NCBI GenBank assembly: GCA_021604525.1
Contig: BQJD01000013.1
Span: 11,055-75,054, forward strand
Direction of reading: 5' to 3'
Length of the DNA stretch: 64,000 bases
From: a marine bacterium B5-7
Lineage (GTDB): Bacteria; Pseudomonadota; Gammaproteobacteria; Arenicellales; CAJQKF01
Part shown: positions 9,129-19,062 of the stretch, one piece after another
How positions within the stretch are numbered: the first letter of the stretch is position 1
How the letters are laid out: every line of letters begins with the position of its first letter
Made by a program: the position numbers and the translations under genes
Notes under the pieces: generated by a model
The model's input: the letters and a program-made list of their open reading frames with translations, nothing else
The model's database searches: none
What the model was told of the DNA's origin: nothing

Positions 9129-9515
9129 TATGACCTCTTGGGATGTGTGTAAATGCACTGAACTCATTCCAGCCCGCAGTCAATGCATAGATTGATTTCC
9201 AGTGAATCGAATTAATATCGAATATTTCTGGAGATTACCAAATGCCAGGGAAGGAGGGTTGGACAGGAACAGTGTGAAAAATGAATTTAGCGAGAGACTT
9301 GACTATATCAAGATTTGGCGCATGATAAAAATCCGCTTACTGACGGCTTGCAGATCATAAAACAGGAGGGTGGGTGGAGCGATGTAATGTGTCTCCTTCG
9401 TTGTTATTTTCAGGTGCAATCATTATCTTGATGTACAAAGAATGCCTGCGTATTCCGACCTCTGCCAGCAATGACCTATAATCGGCGATCACAAAATTTA
9501 TCTAACGAGTCTTCC

Positions 9516-9974
9516 ATGAGAATCAAAAATCTTATTGTCATTATTTTTGGCCTTTTCGTGGCCTGGACAGCAGTACTAGTCAATGCACAGGAGTTCACCC
9601 AGGGCGAGATTATAATCACCCGACCATGGGCGCGGATAAGTCCTCCGGGGGTACCGAATGGCGCAGTCTATTTGACGATTACACTAAGTGGTTCAGAGCC
9701 GGATCGCCTGATATCCGCGAAATCAGATGTGTCGGATGTCGTCGAGTTCCATTCGCATGAAATGGAGAATGGAATGATGCGGATGCGTAAACTGGATTCA
9801 GTGGAATTAACACCGGATTCAGCAACGGAATTCGCACCCGGAGGTCTCCATGTCATGCTCATTGGATTAAAAAAACCTTTGGCCTCAGGAGAAACCTTTA
9901 CCCTGACAATCGAATTCGAGAGGAATGACCCAATGGATATCGAAGTGGTCGTGAGTGATCCGGACAACAGCTAA
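9516..9974 (+). CDS. Periplasmic copper chaperone PCu(A)C
   Basis: Signal peptide; PWAR, GAVYLTI, EFHSHEMENGMMRM, APGGLHVMLIGL copper motif. Confidence 0.92.
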   Translation: MRIKNLIVIIFGLFVAWTAVLVNAQEFTQGEIIITRPWARISPPGVPNGAVYLTITLSGSEPDRLISAKSDVSDVVEFHSHEMENGMMRMRKLDSVELTPDSATEFAPGGLHVMLIGLKKPLASGETFTLTIEFERNDPMDIEVVVSDPDNS

Positions 9975-10013
9975 TGTAACGTTTGATCTCGCGTTTCTTA
10001 AGTTCACTACACA

Positions 10014-10056
10014 AAAACCGGCCTGAACAGGGTATTTCCCTGTCTCAGACCGGTTT
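10014..10056. terminator. Bidirectional intrinsic terminator between the convergent PCu(A)C and Prx-Grx genes
   Basis: AAACCGG..ACAGGG-TATTT-CCCTGT..CCGGTTT long imperfect stem with A/T flanks. Confidence 0.7.
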
Positions 10057-10104
10057 GTTCCAGCGATAACCACTTGTGATCAGATCAGTCGTTGAGCCTG
10101 ATTG

Positions 10105-10851
10105 CTACGCGGCTTTCAAGTCTGACTGTTTCAAATACTGCTCAAGGTCATCGGCACCGCCGATACGTTGACCGTCAATGAAGACCTGTGGGAGCTGAGT
10201 GCTTCCTGACAGTGCGCGAACGCTTGACTCGCTATAGTCACGATTCAGAACCAGTTCCTCGAATGACAATCCGGCATCTTTCAGCATCTCTTTGGCGCGT
10301 ACGCAGAAGCCGCAACCCGGACGCGAGAACACCGTGATATTTGCCGGCGTATTCGCTTCCGGGTCAAGCCAGGCCAGCATGGTGTCAGCGTCGGAAACTT
10401 CGAACGGGTCTCCAGGTTTGTCAGGCTCAATGAACATTTTTTCAATTGCGCCATCGCGAACCAGCATCGAATAACGCCATGATCGCTCACCGAAACCGAG
10501 ATCGTTTTTTGCCACCAGCATACCCATTTCGCGGGTAAAATCGCCGTTTCCATCGGGCAGAAAACGAAGGTTATCCGCGTGTTGCTCCTGTTGCCACCGA
10601 TCCATCACGAACGCATCATTAACTGATATGCAGACCACTTCATCCACACCATGTTGCTTGAATACAGGCGTGAGCTGGTTATAGCGCGGTACATGGGTCG
10701 ACGAACAGGTGGGCGTGAAAGCGCCGGGGAGTGAGAACACAACCACCGTTTTACCATTAAATATTTCCGCTGTGGTCACATCGGTCCATTCGTGACCTCG
10801 ACGGGTTTTGAACGTAACCTGTGGAATTCGTTGACCTTCTTTGTTGTTCAT
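10105..10851 (-). CDS. pgdX: Hybrid peroxiredoxin (Prx5)-glutaredoxin
   Basis: [10 protein letters not shown] peroxidatic motif, SWRYSM, C-terminal Grx domain with CGFC and [13 protein letters not shown]. Confidence 0.92.
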   Translation of the reverse strand: MNNKEGQRIPQVTFKTRRGHEWTDVTTAEIFNGKTVVVFSLPGAFTPTCSSTHVPRYNQLTPVFKQHGVDEVVCISVNDAFVMDRWQQEQHADNLRFLPDGNGDFTREMGMLVAKNDLGFGERSWRYSMLVRDGAIEKMFIEPDKPGDPFEVSDADTMLAWLDPEANTPANITVFSRPGCGFCVRAKEMLKDAGLSFEELVLNRDYSESSVRALSGSTQLPQVFIDGQRIGGADDLEQYLKQSDLKAA

Positions 10852-10959
10852 GTCATATCTCCATTCAATTGTGAAATTTACGTTGAATCGGTCGGAGTCA
10901 TTTATCCGACTGGAATTTTTCGATGTTTGAATTCTGGCAGCAACTTATTAATAAGTAAA

Positions 10960-10996
10960 ATCGTTTATTATAATAATATTAATAGGATATAACGAT
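10960..10996 (-). promoter_or_regulatory. OxyR-like binding site upstream of pgdX
   Basis: Minus strand reads ATCG-N7-CTAT-N7-ATTA-N7-CGAT versus the OxyR consensus ATAG-N7-CTAT-N7-ATAG-N7-CTAT; pgdX is OxyR-regulated in Haemophilus and Neisseria. Confidence 0.75.
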
Positions 10997-11052
10997 TAAT
11001 AAAAACTTAACCTGTTTGAAGCATACAAGGGGCAGATTTTGAGGCGAATTAA

Positions 11053-11742
11053 ATGAAAAACGCGGTCGTTTTACTAAGTGGTGGGTTGGATTCTGCGACC
11101 GTGCTGGCAATTGCGCGTGAACAAGAATTTGCAGTCCACGCGTTGTCGTTTAAATATGGACAACGTCATATCCATGAACTTGATGCTGCAACCCGTGTGG
11201 CTACAACAATGGGTGTCGCACGACATGTGGTTTCCGAAATTGACCTTCGAGTATTCGGTGGATCAGCGTTGACTAGTGATATAGCGGTGCCAGGAGCCCG
11301 TGACGGGGTTGTCGCAGAGAGTGAGGTACCTATTACTTATGTGCCTGCGCGTAACACCATATTTTTGTCGTTTGCTTTGGCATTTGCCGAAGTAATCGGC
11401 AGCTTTGACATATTTATTGGCGTCAATGCGGTGGATTACAGTGGTTATCCCGATTGTCGCCCTGAATATATCGAAGCATTTCAGCATATGGCTGATCTGG
11501 CGACCCGTTCCGGCATTGAAAATCGTCATTTACTGAAGATTCACACGCCTTTGATCGAATTGTCCAAAGCCGAAATTATCAGGCGTGGAACTGCCCTTGG
11601 AGTCGATTACGGTTTAACTTTAAGTTGTTATGACCCTGATAAGTCAGGTAGACCATGTCAACGGTGTGAAGCCTGTGCGCTACGTGCCCAGGGTTTTGCA
11701 GATGCCGGAATCGACGATCCAGCGCTCACCGGTTTGAGATAG
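11053..11742 (+). CDS. queC: 7-cyano-7-deazaguanine synthase
   Basis: [32 protein letters not shown]...CxxCxAC. Confidence 0.97.
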   Translation: MKNAVVLLSGGLDSATVLAIAREQEFAVHALSFKYGQRHIHELDAATRVATTMGVARHVVSEIDLRVFGGSALTSDIAVPGARDGVVAESEVPITYVPARNTIFLSFALAFAEVIGSFDIFIGVNAVDYSGYPDCRPEYIEAFQHMADLATRSGIENRHLLKIHTPLIELSKAEIIRRGTALGVDYGLTLSCYDPDKSGRPCQRCEACALRAQGFADAGIDDPALTGLR

Positions 11743-11843
11743 GTTCAAATAAGGCATCATATTCAGACTGGGTAGGTGGTACCCGGAAAAATGTCTGAAC
11801 GTTTGTGGTCCGTTAAAGCTGCTGAAAGGCGTATTTTTGATGC

Positions 11844-11874
11844 TGGGTGGATGAGCAGTACACCCATCCACCCA
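11844..11874. terminator. Hairpin between the convergent queC and lipoprotein genes (terminator or solitary REP-like element)
   Basis: TGGGTGGATG-N11-CATCCACCCA 10-bp inverted repeat. Confidence 0.5.
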
Positions 11875-11882
11875 TATAAAAT

Positions 11883-12371
11883 TTACTGCACAATCTTCCA
11901 GGACCCGTCGGCGACGCGACAGGCGGTGCCGTGTGCGTTCTCCTGTTGTCCACCAATGTTGACTGTGGTGGTAAATTCCCGACATGGCGTGCCGTCGTTA
12001 TTATAGAAAGTGCGTGTCGGCACAGCAGAGCCAGCGTGCCCCGTGTCTGGATTCTGCCACTGGCGTGCGTTGCCGACCGGATCATTTTCAAGTGCATCGC
12101 CCAAAGTATTACCGGCCATGATTCGATCTGCTTCGTTAAGTCTCGCACCGAGTCTGTTACCAGCGGCACCGCCCAATATGGCGCCAATAACGACGGCGGC
12201 CTCCTTGTCGGAATGACCCTTGCCAAGACCATAGCCAAGTAACGCACCGGCAACCGCACCGATACCAGTGCCCGCAGTTTCCTTGTTGACCGGGGGCGAG
12301 TTTGTGGTCGCGCAGCCGCCAACCAGCAATGCAGCGCTTATCATTGTAGCGGTCACGATTCTTGTAAACAT
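11883..12371 (-). CDS. Glycine-zipper lipoprotein (17-kDa surface antigen / RT0821-Lpp0805 family)
   Basis: Lipobox LVGGC; GxxxG zipper; WQNPDTG, CREF, GTACRVADGSWKI. Confidence 0.9.
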   Translation of the reverse strand: MFTRIVTATMISAALLVGGCATTNSPPVNKETAGTGIGAVAGALLGYGLGKGHSDKEAAVVIGAILGGAAGNRLGARLNEADRIMAGNTLGDALENDPVGNARQWQNPDTGHAGSAVPTRTFYNNDGTPCREFTTTVNIGGQQENAHGTACRVADGSWKIVQ

Positions 12372-12623
12372 GGCAAAACTCCTTGAAGTCGTTTCGTTGA
12401 GTGACGTCGTATCGATAACCATGAAACGTAACGGATTAGTCGATAAACCTTATAAGGTGTGAAAAGTATATGACAATAAACTTAACGGACGGTGAATGCT
12501 CGAAATACATTTAACCATTGGTAATCGATATTGAGATAGTGGAAACGAGTCTGCCGATCTCTTGTGTAGCACAAAGATGTCGATTCTCCGACCGTCTCAG
12601 GTTACGAATACATCGGGTCGATC

Positions 12624-13571
12624 CTAACGATTTTCAAGTTGCAGATAAACCCGGTTGATGTTGGTACGATGCCACTGATCATAGTGTTCCAGATGCATAA
12701 ATTGCGGTGCATCGGCAAACGCATTGACGGTATCGTCAATTCCTCGCCACTCCTCGACAGCAGTAGTGAGATTCGATACCAGCCAGTCGAGATAATCACC
12801 GGTATCGCGTCGTGCGTCTATTGAGTTGGATACCGGGCCATGCCCCGGGACAATGTGAACCGGGTTCAGTAATTCACTCTTGTGAAAGGCGCTTTGCCAG
12901 CCAATGACATCGCTGAAAGGTAATATGCCAAGCATCCGGTCAATATAAATCAAGTCGCCACTGAACAGAGTACTGGTCCGTGGATGAAAAACCACAGCGT
13001 CCCCTGGGAAGTGGGCATCGCCAAGCCATTCAAGCTCAATCATTTCTCCACCGAGTGTCAATGTAACAAAATCGGCATCCACGGGTTGCTCCGCGAAATA
13101 TGCTCGGGTGCCTTCAAATGTTTCACCTAGAAGACCCGATAGCATTGTCAGGTGCTGTTCGGCAAACGAGTTCTGGGTTTGAACTGTGCGTTGCAAGGCA
13201 ATTATCTCGGCTCCTTTGTCGGCAAAATAGCTGTTGCCTAACCAACGGTGATCCTGCGAGCCCGTATTGATAACCCAGCGGACAGGTTTTTCGGTGACAG
13301 AGGCCACCGCATGTTCGATGAGTCGTGCACCTTGATTCGATGCACCGCTATCGATGAGCACAACGCCTTCACTGGTAACAATAAAGCCGAGGTTATTATT
13401 CAACGCGTGATTGTTATAAGTGCGTGGACCGGTGGGGCCGATGATGGCATAGAGATTGTCGATAATATTTTCGGCGACCGGCTGGTATGAATCGCTCGCA
13501 TGGACCACCCCAGTGATCAAAGTCGCCCACAAAATATATGTTGATTTGGACCGCCGCGTGAATTGAGTCAT
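12624..13571 (-). CDS. Periplasmic MBL-fold metallohydrolase, SoxH-like
   Basis: Signal peptide ending VHA; GVVLIDSG, NTGSQDHRWLGN, AHFPGD, FSGDL, VPGHG; alternative start 13610 overlaps the permease. Confidence 0.8.
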   Translation of the reverse strand: MTQFTRRSKSTYILWATLITGVVHASDSYQPVAENIIDNLYAIIGPTGPRTYNNHALNNNLGFIVTSEGVVLIDSGASNQGARLIEHAVASVTEKPVRWVINTGSQDHRWLGNSYFADKGAEIIALQRTVQTQNSFAEQHLTMLSGLLGETFEGTRAYFAEQPVDADFVTLTLGGEMIELEWLGDAHFPGDAVVFHPRTSTLFSGDLIYIDRMLGILPFSDVIGWQSAFHKSELLNPVHIVPGHGPVSNSIDARRDTGDYLDWLVSNLTTAVEEWRGIDDTVNAFADAPQFMHLEHYDQWHRTNINRVYLQLENR

Positions 13572-13596
13572 ATGTTGTATATCATTGAAAGTTATC

Positions 13597-15624
13597 TCAA
13601 TAGAAGACATTCAACATGACCAGCAGTACAACCAGAAATAACAAGGTCATGATGCTACCCGCCCGCAAGAAATCGGGGACACGATAACCGCCAGGCCCCA
13701 TGATCAAGGCATTGACCTGATGGGTAGGAATAAGAAAGGAATTACTGGTAGCAAGTGCTACGGTGAGTGCATACAACGCCGGGTCTGCACCTACGCCAAT
13801 GGCGATATTGACTGCCAGGGGTACCAGCAATACGGTAGCACCAACGTTAGACATAACCAGGGTAAAGAATGTAGCAAGCAATGCGACAGATGCCTGGATT
13901 ACCCAACCAGGCATGTGACCAACTATCAGCAGTATCTGTTCGGCGATCCACCTGGCGGTGCCACTATCGTGGACAGCATGACCCAATGGAATCAATGAAG
14001 CCAACAGGAACACTGTTTTCCAACTCACAGCGCGATAAGCCTCCTCCATTTTCAGCACGCCTGTTAAAACCATGCCTATCGCACCTGTTAGTAATGCAAC
14101 CGACAGGGTGACGTGGGTGAACAGGATCAGCGACAGGGCTGCGACGAAGGAGAAAGCTGCCCAAGCAACTTTTTGTGGCCGCAATTCCTCGTGAGGATAT
14201 TCTGTAGTAATCACTACGAAGTCGGGATTTTTGGATAACCGGTATAACGCGTCCCAGGTTGTATGTACGACCAGGGTATCGCCCGTTTTGAGAGGTATGT
14301 CGCGTATCCCTTCACCTTCTCGCAAGGTTTCGCCATCGCGGTGCAGTGCAACCATGGCGATGCCGTAGGCTTTGCGCATCCATACATCGCGGGCAGTTTT
14401 GCCAATCAAACTGGAGCCGGGCCGTATAACCACCTCGGCAATACCCGACCGTGATGCCGACAGCGATTCGGCAAACTCGTCGATATGGGTCTTGAGTTCG
14501 AGCTTGTATTTCTCGACGAACGCCAACAGGTTTGATGGCGAGGCGAGAATACCCAAAGCGGTGCCAGCAGTGATGCCGGTATCACGAGACAATCCACCGG
14601 GGCCAATACGGACATCGTTGCCGGCGCTGGAGGCGATTACGCGAATCCTATCTGACGTCTCGACATCATCCAGAGTCTTGCCGACGAGTTCACTGTTGGA
14701 AGGAACAGTAACCTCGAATAGCTCATAGTCCAACCCATATACATCCTGGAAATACTGCATGGTGCTAGTCGGATTCAACCCACCACTCGTTGTGGCAATG
14801 GGTGGTAGAACAAAGCGGCCGGCGACAATAAAGTAGGTGACACCGGTTGCAATCATGGCGAGGCCAATGGGAGTGACCGAAAACAAGGACCAGGTTTCCA
14901 TCGCATGATCCGTGGGCAGCGATTTATTCGAAGTCAATATCAGGTCGTTTAGCAGGATCAAGGGACTAGAACCCACCATTGTCATGGTACCGCCAAGGAT
15001 GGCGCAAAATCCCATGGGCATCAGCAATCGCGACATCGACAGTCCTGATCTGGCCGAGATACGCGAGACCACCGGCAAGAACAATGCCGCTGCGCCTACA
15101 TTTTGCATGAACGAGGAGATGAGCCCGACGGTTGATGAAATGATTGGGACAATTCGTGATTCGGTTGTACCGCCGACTTTCAGAATCAGTGAGGCGACCT
15201 GGCTCATGACGCCGGTTTTATCGAGCCCGGCGCCGATAATCATGACCGCGATGATCGACATTACCGCATTGGAAGAAAAGCCGTCAAAAAGCTGCTCAGG
15301 ATGAATGAGAGCATGATCCAATCCCATTAATGGCGCAAGCAAACCGCTTAGACCAAGTAATACCATGATGGATATGGCAGCTACATCGACCTCGACAATC
15401 TCGAAAGCGAACAAATAAATTGTTAAAAGAAGTATCCCGGTAACCCAGGCTATTTCAAGTGTCGGCACGATGCCGGCGAGATACACCGCCAGACCAAGAA
15501 AAAATATCCCGGCGAAAATTTGGCGGGCATTTAAAGCGCCCAACTTTAACTGAAAGGGTGATGGGCCTGCGACGGTTTCATCCGATTGCAACATGCTTTC
15601 TCGATCGCTCTTTTTATGGGCCAT
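13597..15624 (-). CDS. SLC13/DASS-family permease with two TrkA-C domains
   Basis: SSFMQNVGA, LGGTMTMVGSSP and MSNVGAT motifs; many TM helices around a soluble RCK_C tandem; PTHQVNALIMGPGGY. Confidence 0.9.
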   Translation of the reverse strand: MAHKKSDRESMLQSDETVAGPSPFQLKLGALNARQIFAGIFFLGLAVYLAGIVPTLEIAWVTGILLLTIYLFAFEIVEVDVAAISIMVLLGLSGLLAPLMGLDHALIHPEQLFDGFSSNAVMSIIAVMIIGAGLDKTGVMSQVASLILKVGGTTESRIVPIISSTVGLISSFMQNVGAAALFLPVVSRISARSGLSMSRLLMPMGFCAILGGTMTMVGSSPLILLNDLILTSNKSLPTDHAMETWSLFSVTPIGLAMIATGVTYFIVAGRFVLPPIATTSGGLNPTSTMQYFQDVYGLDYELFEVTVPSNSELVGKTLDDVETSDRIRVIASSAGNDVRIGPGGLSRDTGITAGTALGILASPSNLLAFVEKYKLELKTHIDEFAESLSASRSGIAEVVIRPGSSLIGKTARDVWMRKAYGIAMVALHRDGETLREGEGIRDIPLKTGDTLVVHTTWDALYRLSKNPDFVVITTEYPHEELRPQKVAWAAFSFVAALSLILFTHVTLSVALLTGAIGMVLTGVLKMEEAYRAVSWKTVFLLASLIPLGHAVHDSGTARWIAEQILLIVGHMPGWVIQASVALLATFFTLVMSNVGATVLLVPLAVNIAIGVGADPALYALTVALATSNSFLIPTHQVNALIMGPGGYRVPDFLRAGSIMTLLFLVVLLVMLNVFY

Positions 15625-15807
15625 TGACGATACCCAATGAATATTTCAGGTATTGCCATCCATACCAATTTCGCAAATTAGTCCAAGTATAGCCTTGATC
15701 AACAGGAATTATTGTTAGAGAGCAAACGGAGTCAATAATTATTTTAATACTTGAACTAACTTTGTATGTGCCAGTGGCATACGCTGAGTCAGGCAGTAAG
15801 CACTCGA

Positions 15808-16449
15808 CTATGATGTAAATGAATAGATTCTGGTCAACCAAATAGGTGTGCGGGCTTCGTCGCAACACCTGAAGCCACGTTCAACAAGCCATTTGTCAAT
15901 CAACTGTGGATCATGAACATAGGAGCGGAAATCCGAACAGAATAGTTTGAAGAAAGGTGCGGAAGCGGCAGCAGCAAATCGCGTCAAGTGTCGGTAGCGC
16001 GGCAATGTCAGGCCGATTACGTTGCGGGTGCTTCTTACAGTACGATCGATCAGCACATCGATATCGGGATAGCAGCAGATCACCTTGTCTAAAATCGTGA
16101 TGTCGAAACGCGGTAAGTTCATCTGGACGAAGTCGCCAGTCTCATAGTGGCTTCGGTCGGCGAGACCGCGCTCCAGTGCCCAACCTTTGGCTTCGACGAT
16201 CATTTTCGGGGCCAGGTCAATGCCGGTTGCCCGCCTGGCGCCGTGTTCCAGCATGAGTTGATGAAATTGTCCGACACCGCAACCCACTTCAAGGACATCC
16301 GAGTTTGTAAACCCGATTCTCTCAAGAGCGTCAAACAACTGGCGTTGTGAAGGTTCAAGACCGCGACGCTCGAAGCGACGACGATAACGTCTGGCAAGTC
16401 GGCTGAACAGACGGCCGGTGGAAATGGAATGTGGACAACAGGCTGACAT
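15808..16449 (-). CDS. Class I SAM-dependent methyltransferase
   Basis: VLEVGCGVG motif I, GIDLA, GDF, LDKVICCYPD. Confidence 0.88.
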   Translation of the reverse strand: MSACCPHSISTGRLFSRLARRYRRRFERRGLEPSQRQLFDALERIGFTNSDVLEVGCGVGQFHQLMLEHGARRATGIDLAPKMIVEAKGWALERGLADRSHYETGDFVQMNLPRFDITILDKVICCYPDIDVLIDRTVRSTRNVIGLTLPRYRHLTRFAAAASAPFFKLFCSDFRSYVHDPQLIDKWLVERGFRCCDEARTPIWLTRIYSFTS

Positions 16450-16511
16450 CGAGATTTTGTCGATTTGCCGGTTATCGTAATGGGTCGGTTGCAGCCATGT
16501 TTAGATGGGTT

Positions 16512-17588
16512 CTACTCAATAAGCCGATTCCAGCCGAATTGATCATCACAAGCGCCGCGCTGAATATCTACAATGCGCTGATAAAGATGCTGGGCGAGGG
16601 GACCCGGCTCAGCATGGTTGATAGTGATGTCGGTATCGTCGATACGTATACAACCCACTGGTGCAATCACCGCCGCTGTGCCAGCGCCGAACGCCTCTTC
16701 AAGACTTCCGTTTTCATGCGCTTTTAAAATGTCGTTGATGTCGATGCGACACTCCTCAACTGCTACACCTTCATCGCGCAGAATATCGATCACGCTTTCG
16801 CGGGTAACGCCGGGTAGTATCGTGCCATGAAGATCGGGTGTTAAGACCTTGCCATCGATTTTGAAAAAGATATTCATCTGGCCGACTTCCTCCACATAAC
16901 GATGTTCGAGCCCGTCGAGCCACAGCACCTGATCGTGTCCCAACTGTTGGCTTTCACTTCCCGGCAATAGCGAGGCGGCATAATTTCCGGCAGTTTTTGC
17001 ATAGCCCATGCCGCCCGGTGCAGAGCGTGTATAACGACGCTCTGCTTTCAGAGCGACCGTGCCGCCGGTGAAGTATTCACGCACCGGTGAGGTCATGATG
17101 AAAAATCGATATTCGCGAGCCGGTCTTACGTTAAGATTTGATTCGGTAGCGACAACGAGCGGGCGGATGTACAAGGCCTGTCCGCGCTTCGATGGTATCC
17201 AATTTCGATCAATACGCACCAGTGAATCGATAGCATCCAAAAATGTTTCACGATCGAATGTCGGTATGCACAGGCGCTGACAGGACCTTTCCAAACGGGA
17301 AAAATTGCGATCCGGTCTGAACACCCTGATCATGCCATCTTCACCCCTGAACGCTTTCAGGCCTTCGAATACTGCTTGACCGTAGTGTAAGCACAGTGCG
17401 CCGGGTTCTATTGCAAACGGCCCGTACGGCACAATTCGCGGGTCGCGCCACGCACCATCGCTGTAGTCCATCTGAAACATGTGGTCGCTGAACATATCAC
17501 CGAACCCCAGGTCGAAGTCGGGGTTCTCCAAATCGATTTCGTCAACTCGGCTGGAGGCAATTCGTTGAGTAGGAATGGATACTGTCAT
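16512..17588 (-). CDS. ilvE: Branched-chain amino acid aminotransferase
   Basis: LHYGQAVFEGLKA, LYIRP, KTAGNYA (PLP Lys), ILPGVTR, GTAAVI; start MTVSIP. Confidence 0.95.
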   Translation of the reverse strand: MTVSIPTQRIASSRVDEIDLENPDFDLGFGDMFSDHMFQMDYSDGAWRDPRIVPYGPFAIEPGALCLHYGQAVFEGLKAFRGEDGMIRVFRPDRNFSRLERSCQRLCIPTFDRETFLDAIDSLVRIDRNWIPSKRGQALYIRPLVVATESNLNVRPAREYRFFIMTSPVREYFTGGTVALKAERRYTRSAPGGMGYAKTAGNYAASLLPGSESQQLGHDQVLWLDGLEHRYVEEVGQMNIFFKIDGKVLTPDLHGTILPGVTRESVIDILRDEGVAVEECRIDINDILKAHENGSLEEAFGAGTAAVIAPVGCIRIDDTDITINHAEPGPLAQHLYQRIVDIQRGACDDQFGWNRLIE

Positions 17589-17777
17589 GATCAATCTTTG
17601 TCGTTTACGGGGCGCTCCTGATGATACGCCAGTTGGAAGATGGCGGCGAGTATGACGGGTATAAATTTGTTTGCCGACGCCAATACCTGACGGCTTCGGA
17701 ACAGTCGGCCTCACCAAAATATGCGACAAACGTAGGGCCTGGTCAGTCTTTCATTCGCATTAACTGAGGTACCCGTC

Positions 17778-19028
17778 ATGCAATCCGAGCGCGCTGCAAA
17801 CACCCCTCAACATGGCATTCGCCAGCATGGTGCGATGGAGTTCACCGATCCGCCGGCAGAACTTGATCAGGTACGTATGTATCGACTCGGTCGCATTCGT
17901 GAACAGTTGCAAAGGCTCGACTATGCTGGTGTGCTCTTATTCGATCAGGTGAATACCCGCTACGCCACCGATGCGACCAATATGCAAATCTGGTGCTCGC
18001 ATTACGAAACAAGATGTGTTTTCGTTGCCACCGAAGGACCCGTTGTTCTGTTCGATTACGGTAATTATCCGCACCTTGTCGAAGGTCTGCCGACCATCGA
18101 CGAATATCGCAAGATGCCTTCGTTTTATTACTTCACAGCCGGGCCGCGAGCGAGCGAGTTCGCTGCCATTTTCGTTGCCGAGATTGACGACCTGGTGAGT
18201 TGTTACGGCGGCGGTAATCGGCGACTTGCAATCGATCGGTTATCGTTTGAGGGGACCGCACCGATTTGTGCACGGGGTATTGAAATACATGACGGACTCG
18301 AAGTTCTGGAGCAGGCTCGAGTTATCAAATCGAACGCTGAACTTATGTTGATGCGTGCCTCAATTGATGTATGCCAACGCGGAATGCAGGCGATGTACGA
18401 TATCCTTGAGCCCGGTATTACCGAGAACGCCCTGTGGGCAAAATTACATCAGGTAAATATAGAGCAAGGTGGTGAATGGATCGAGACGCGCTTGTTGAGT
18501 TCGGGACCACGAACCAATCCATGGTTTCGAGAAAGTTCAATGCGGAAAATGGAATCTGGTGATCTGGTCAGTTTCGATACGGACCTGATTGGACCGTACG
18601 GATACTGTGCGGACATCTCCCGCAGTTGGCTATGTGGCGACGTTAGACCGACTGACGAACAAAGGCGCCTGTATGCCCATGCTTTTGATCAGATCGAAAC
18701 CAATATCGAACGACTCAAACCCGGTATGACGTTTCGCGAGGTCAGTCTTGGCGCCTGGAAAATTCCGTCTGAATTCGAAGTAAACCGTTATGGATCGCTG
18801 ATCCACGGAGTGGGTCTTGCTGACGAGTATCCGAGTATCAAACATGCCCTCGATGTCGATGCACGTGGATATGAGGGCGTGGTTCTGCCGGGAATGACGT
18901 TATGCGTGGAATCGTATATTGGTGCTGAAGGCGGACGTGAAGGCGTCAAGCTCGAAGAGCAGGTGCTTGTTACGGATAGCGGCGTTGAACGATTATCGAA
19001 TTACCCGTATGAGATGGACTGGCTTTGA
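17778..19028 (+). CDS. dddP: M24 metallopeptidase-fold protein, DddP-like (candidate DMSP lyase)
   Basis: RYATDATNMQIW, ETRLLSSGPRTNPWF, FDTDLIGPYGYCAD, HGVGLADEYP, CVE, KLEEQV resemble DddP; substrate not proven. Confidence 0.75.
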   Translation: MQSERAANTPQHGIRQHGAMEFTDPPAELDQVRMYRLGRIREQLQRLDYAGVLLFDQVNTRYATDATNMQIWCSHYETRCVFVATEGPVVLFDYGNYPHLVEGLPTIDEYRKMPSFYYFTAGPRASEFAAIFVAEIDDLVSCYGGGNRRLAIDRLSFEGTAPICARGIEIHDGLEVLEQARVIKSNAELMLMRASIDVCQRGMQAMYDILEPGITENALWAKLHQVNIEQGGEWIETRLLSSGPRTNPWFRESSMRKMESGDLVSFDTDLIGPYGYCADISRSWLCGDVRPTDEQRRLYAHAFDQIETNIERLKPGMTFREVSLGAWKIPSEFEVNRYGSLIHGVGLADEYPSIKHALDVDARGYEGVVLPGMTLCVESYIGAEGGREGVKLEEQVLVTDSGVERLSNYPYEMDWL

Positions 19029-19062
19029 CAGATCGCCAGGCTCAGTTCGTTTACAGCAGTGG

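Noticed and set aside
10997-11052. preQ1 riboswitch upstream of queC
   Set aside because: No stem-loop with an A-rich tail matching preQ1 aptamers is visible.
11844-11874. REP element family
   Set aside because: Only one copy noticed in the window, so it is treated as a terminator-like hairpin.
15808-16449. bchM (Mg-protoporphyrin methyltransferase) call
   Set aside because: Only fold-level resemblance, and no photosynthesis genes nearby.
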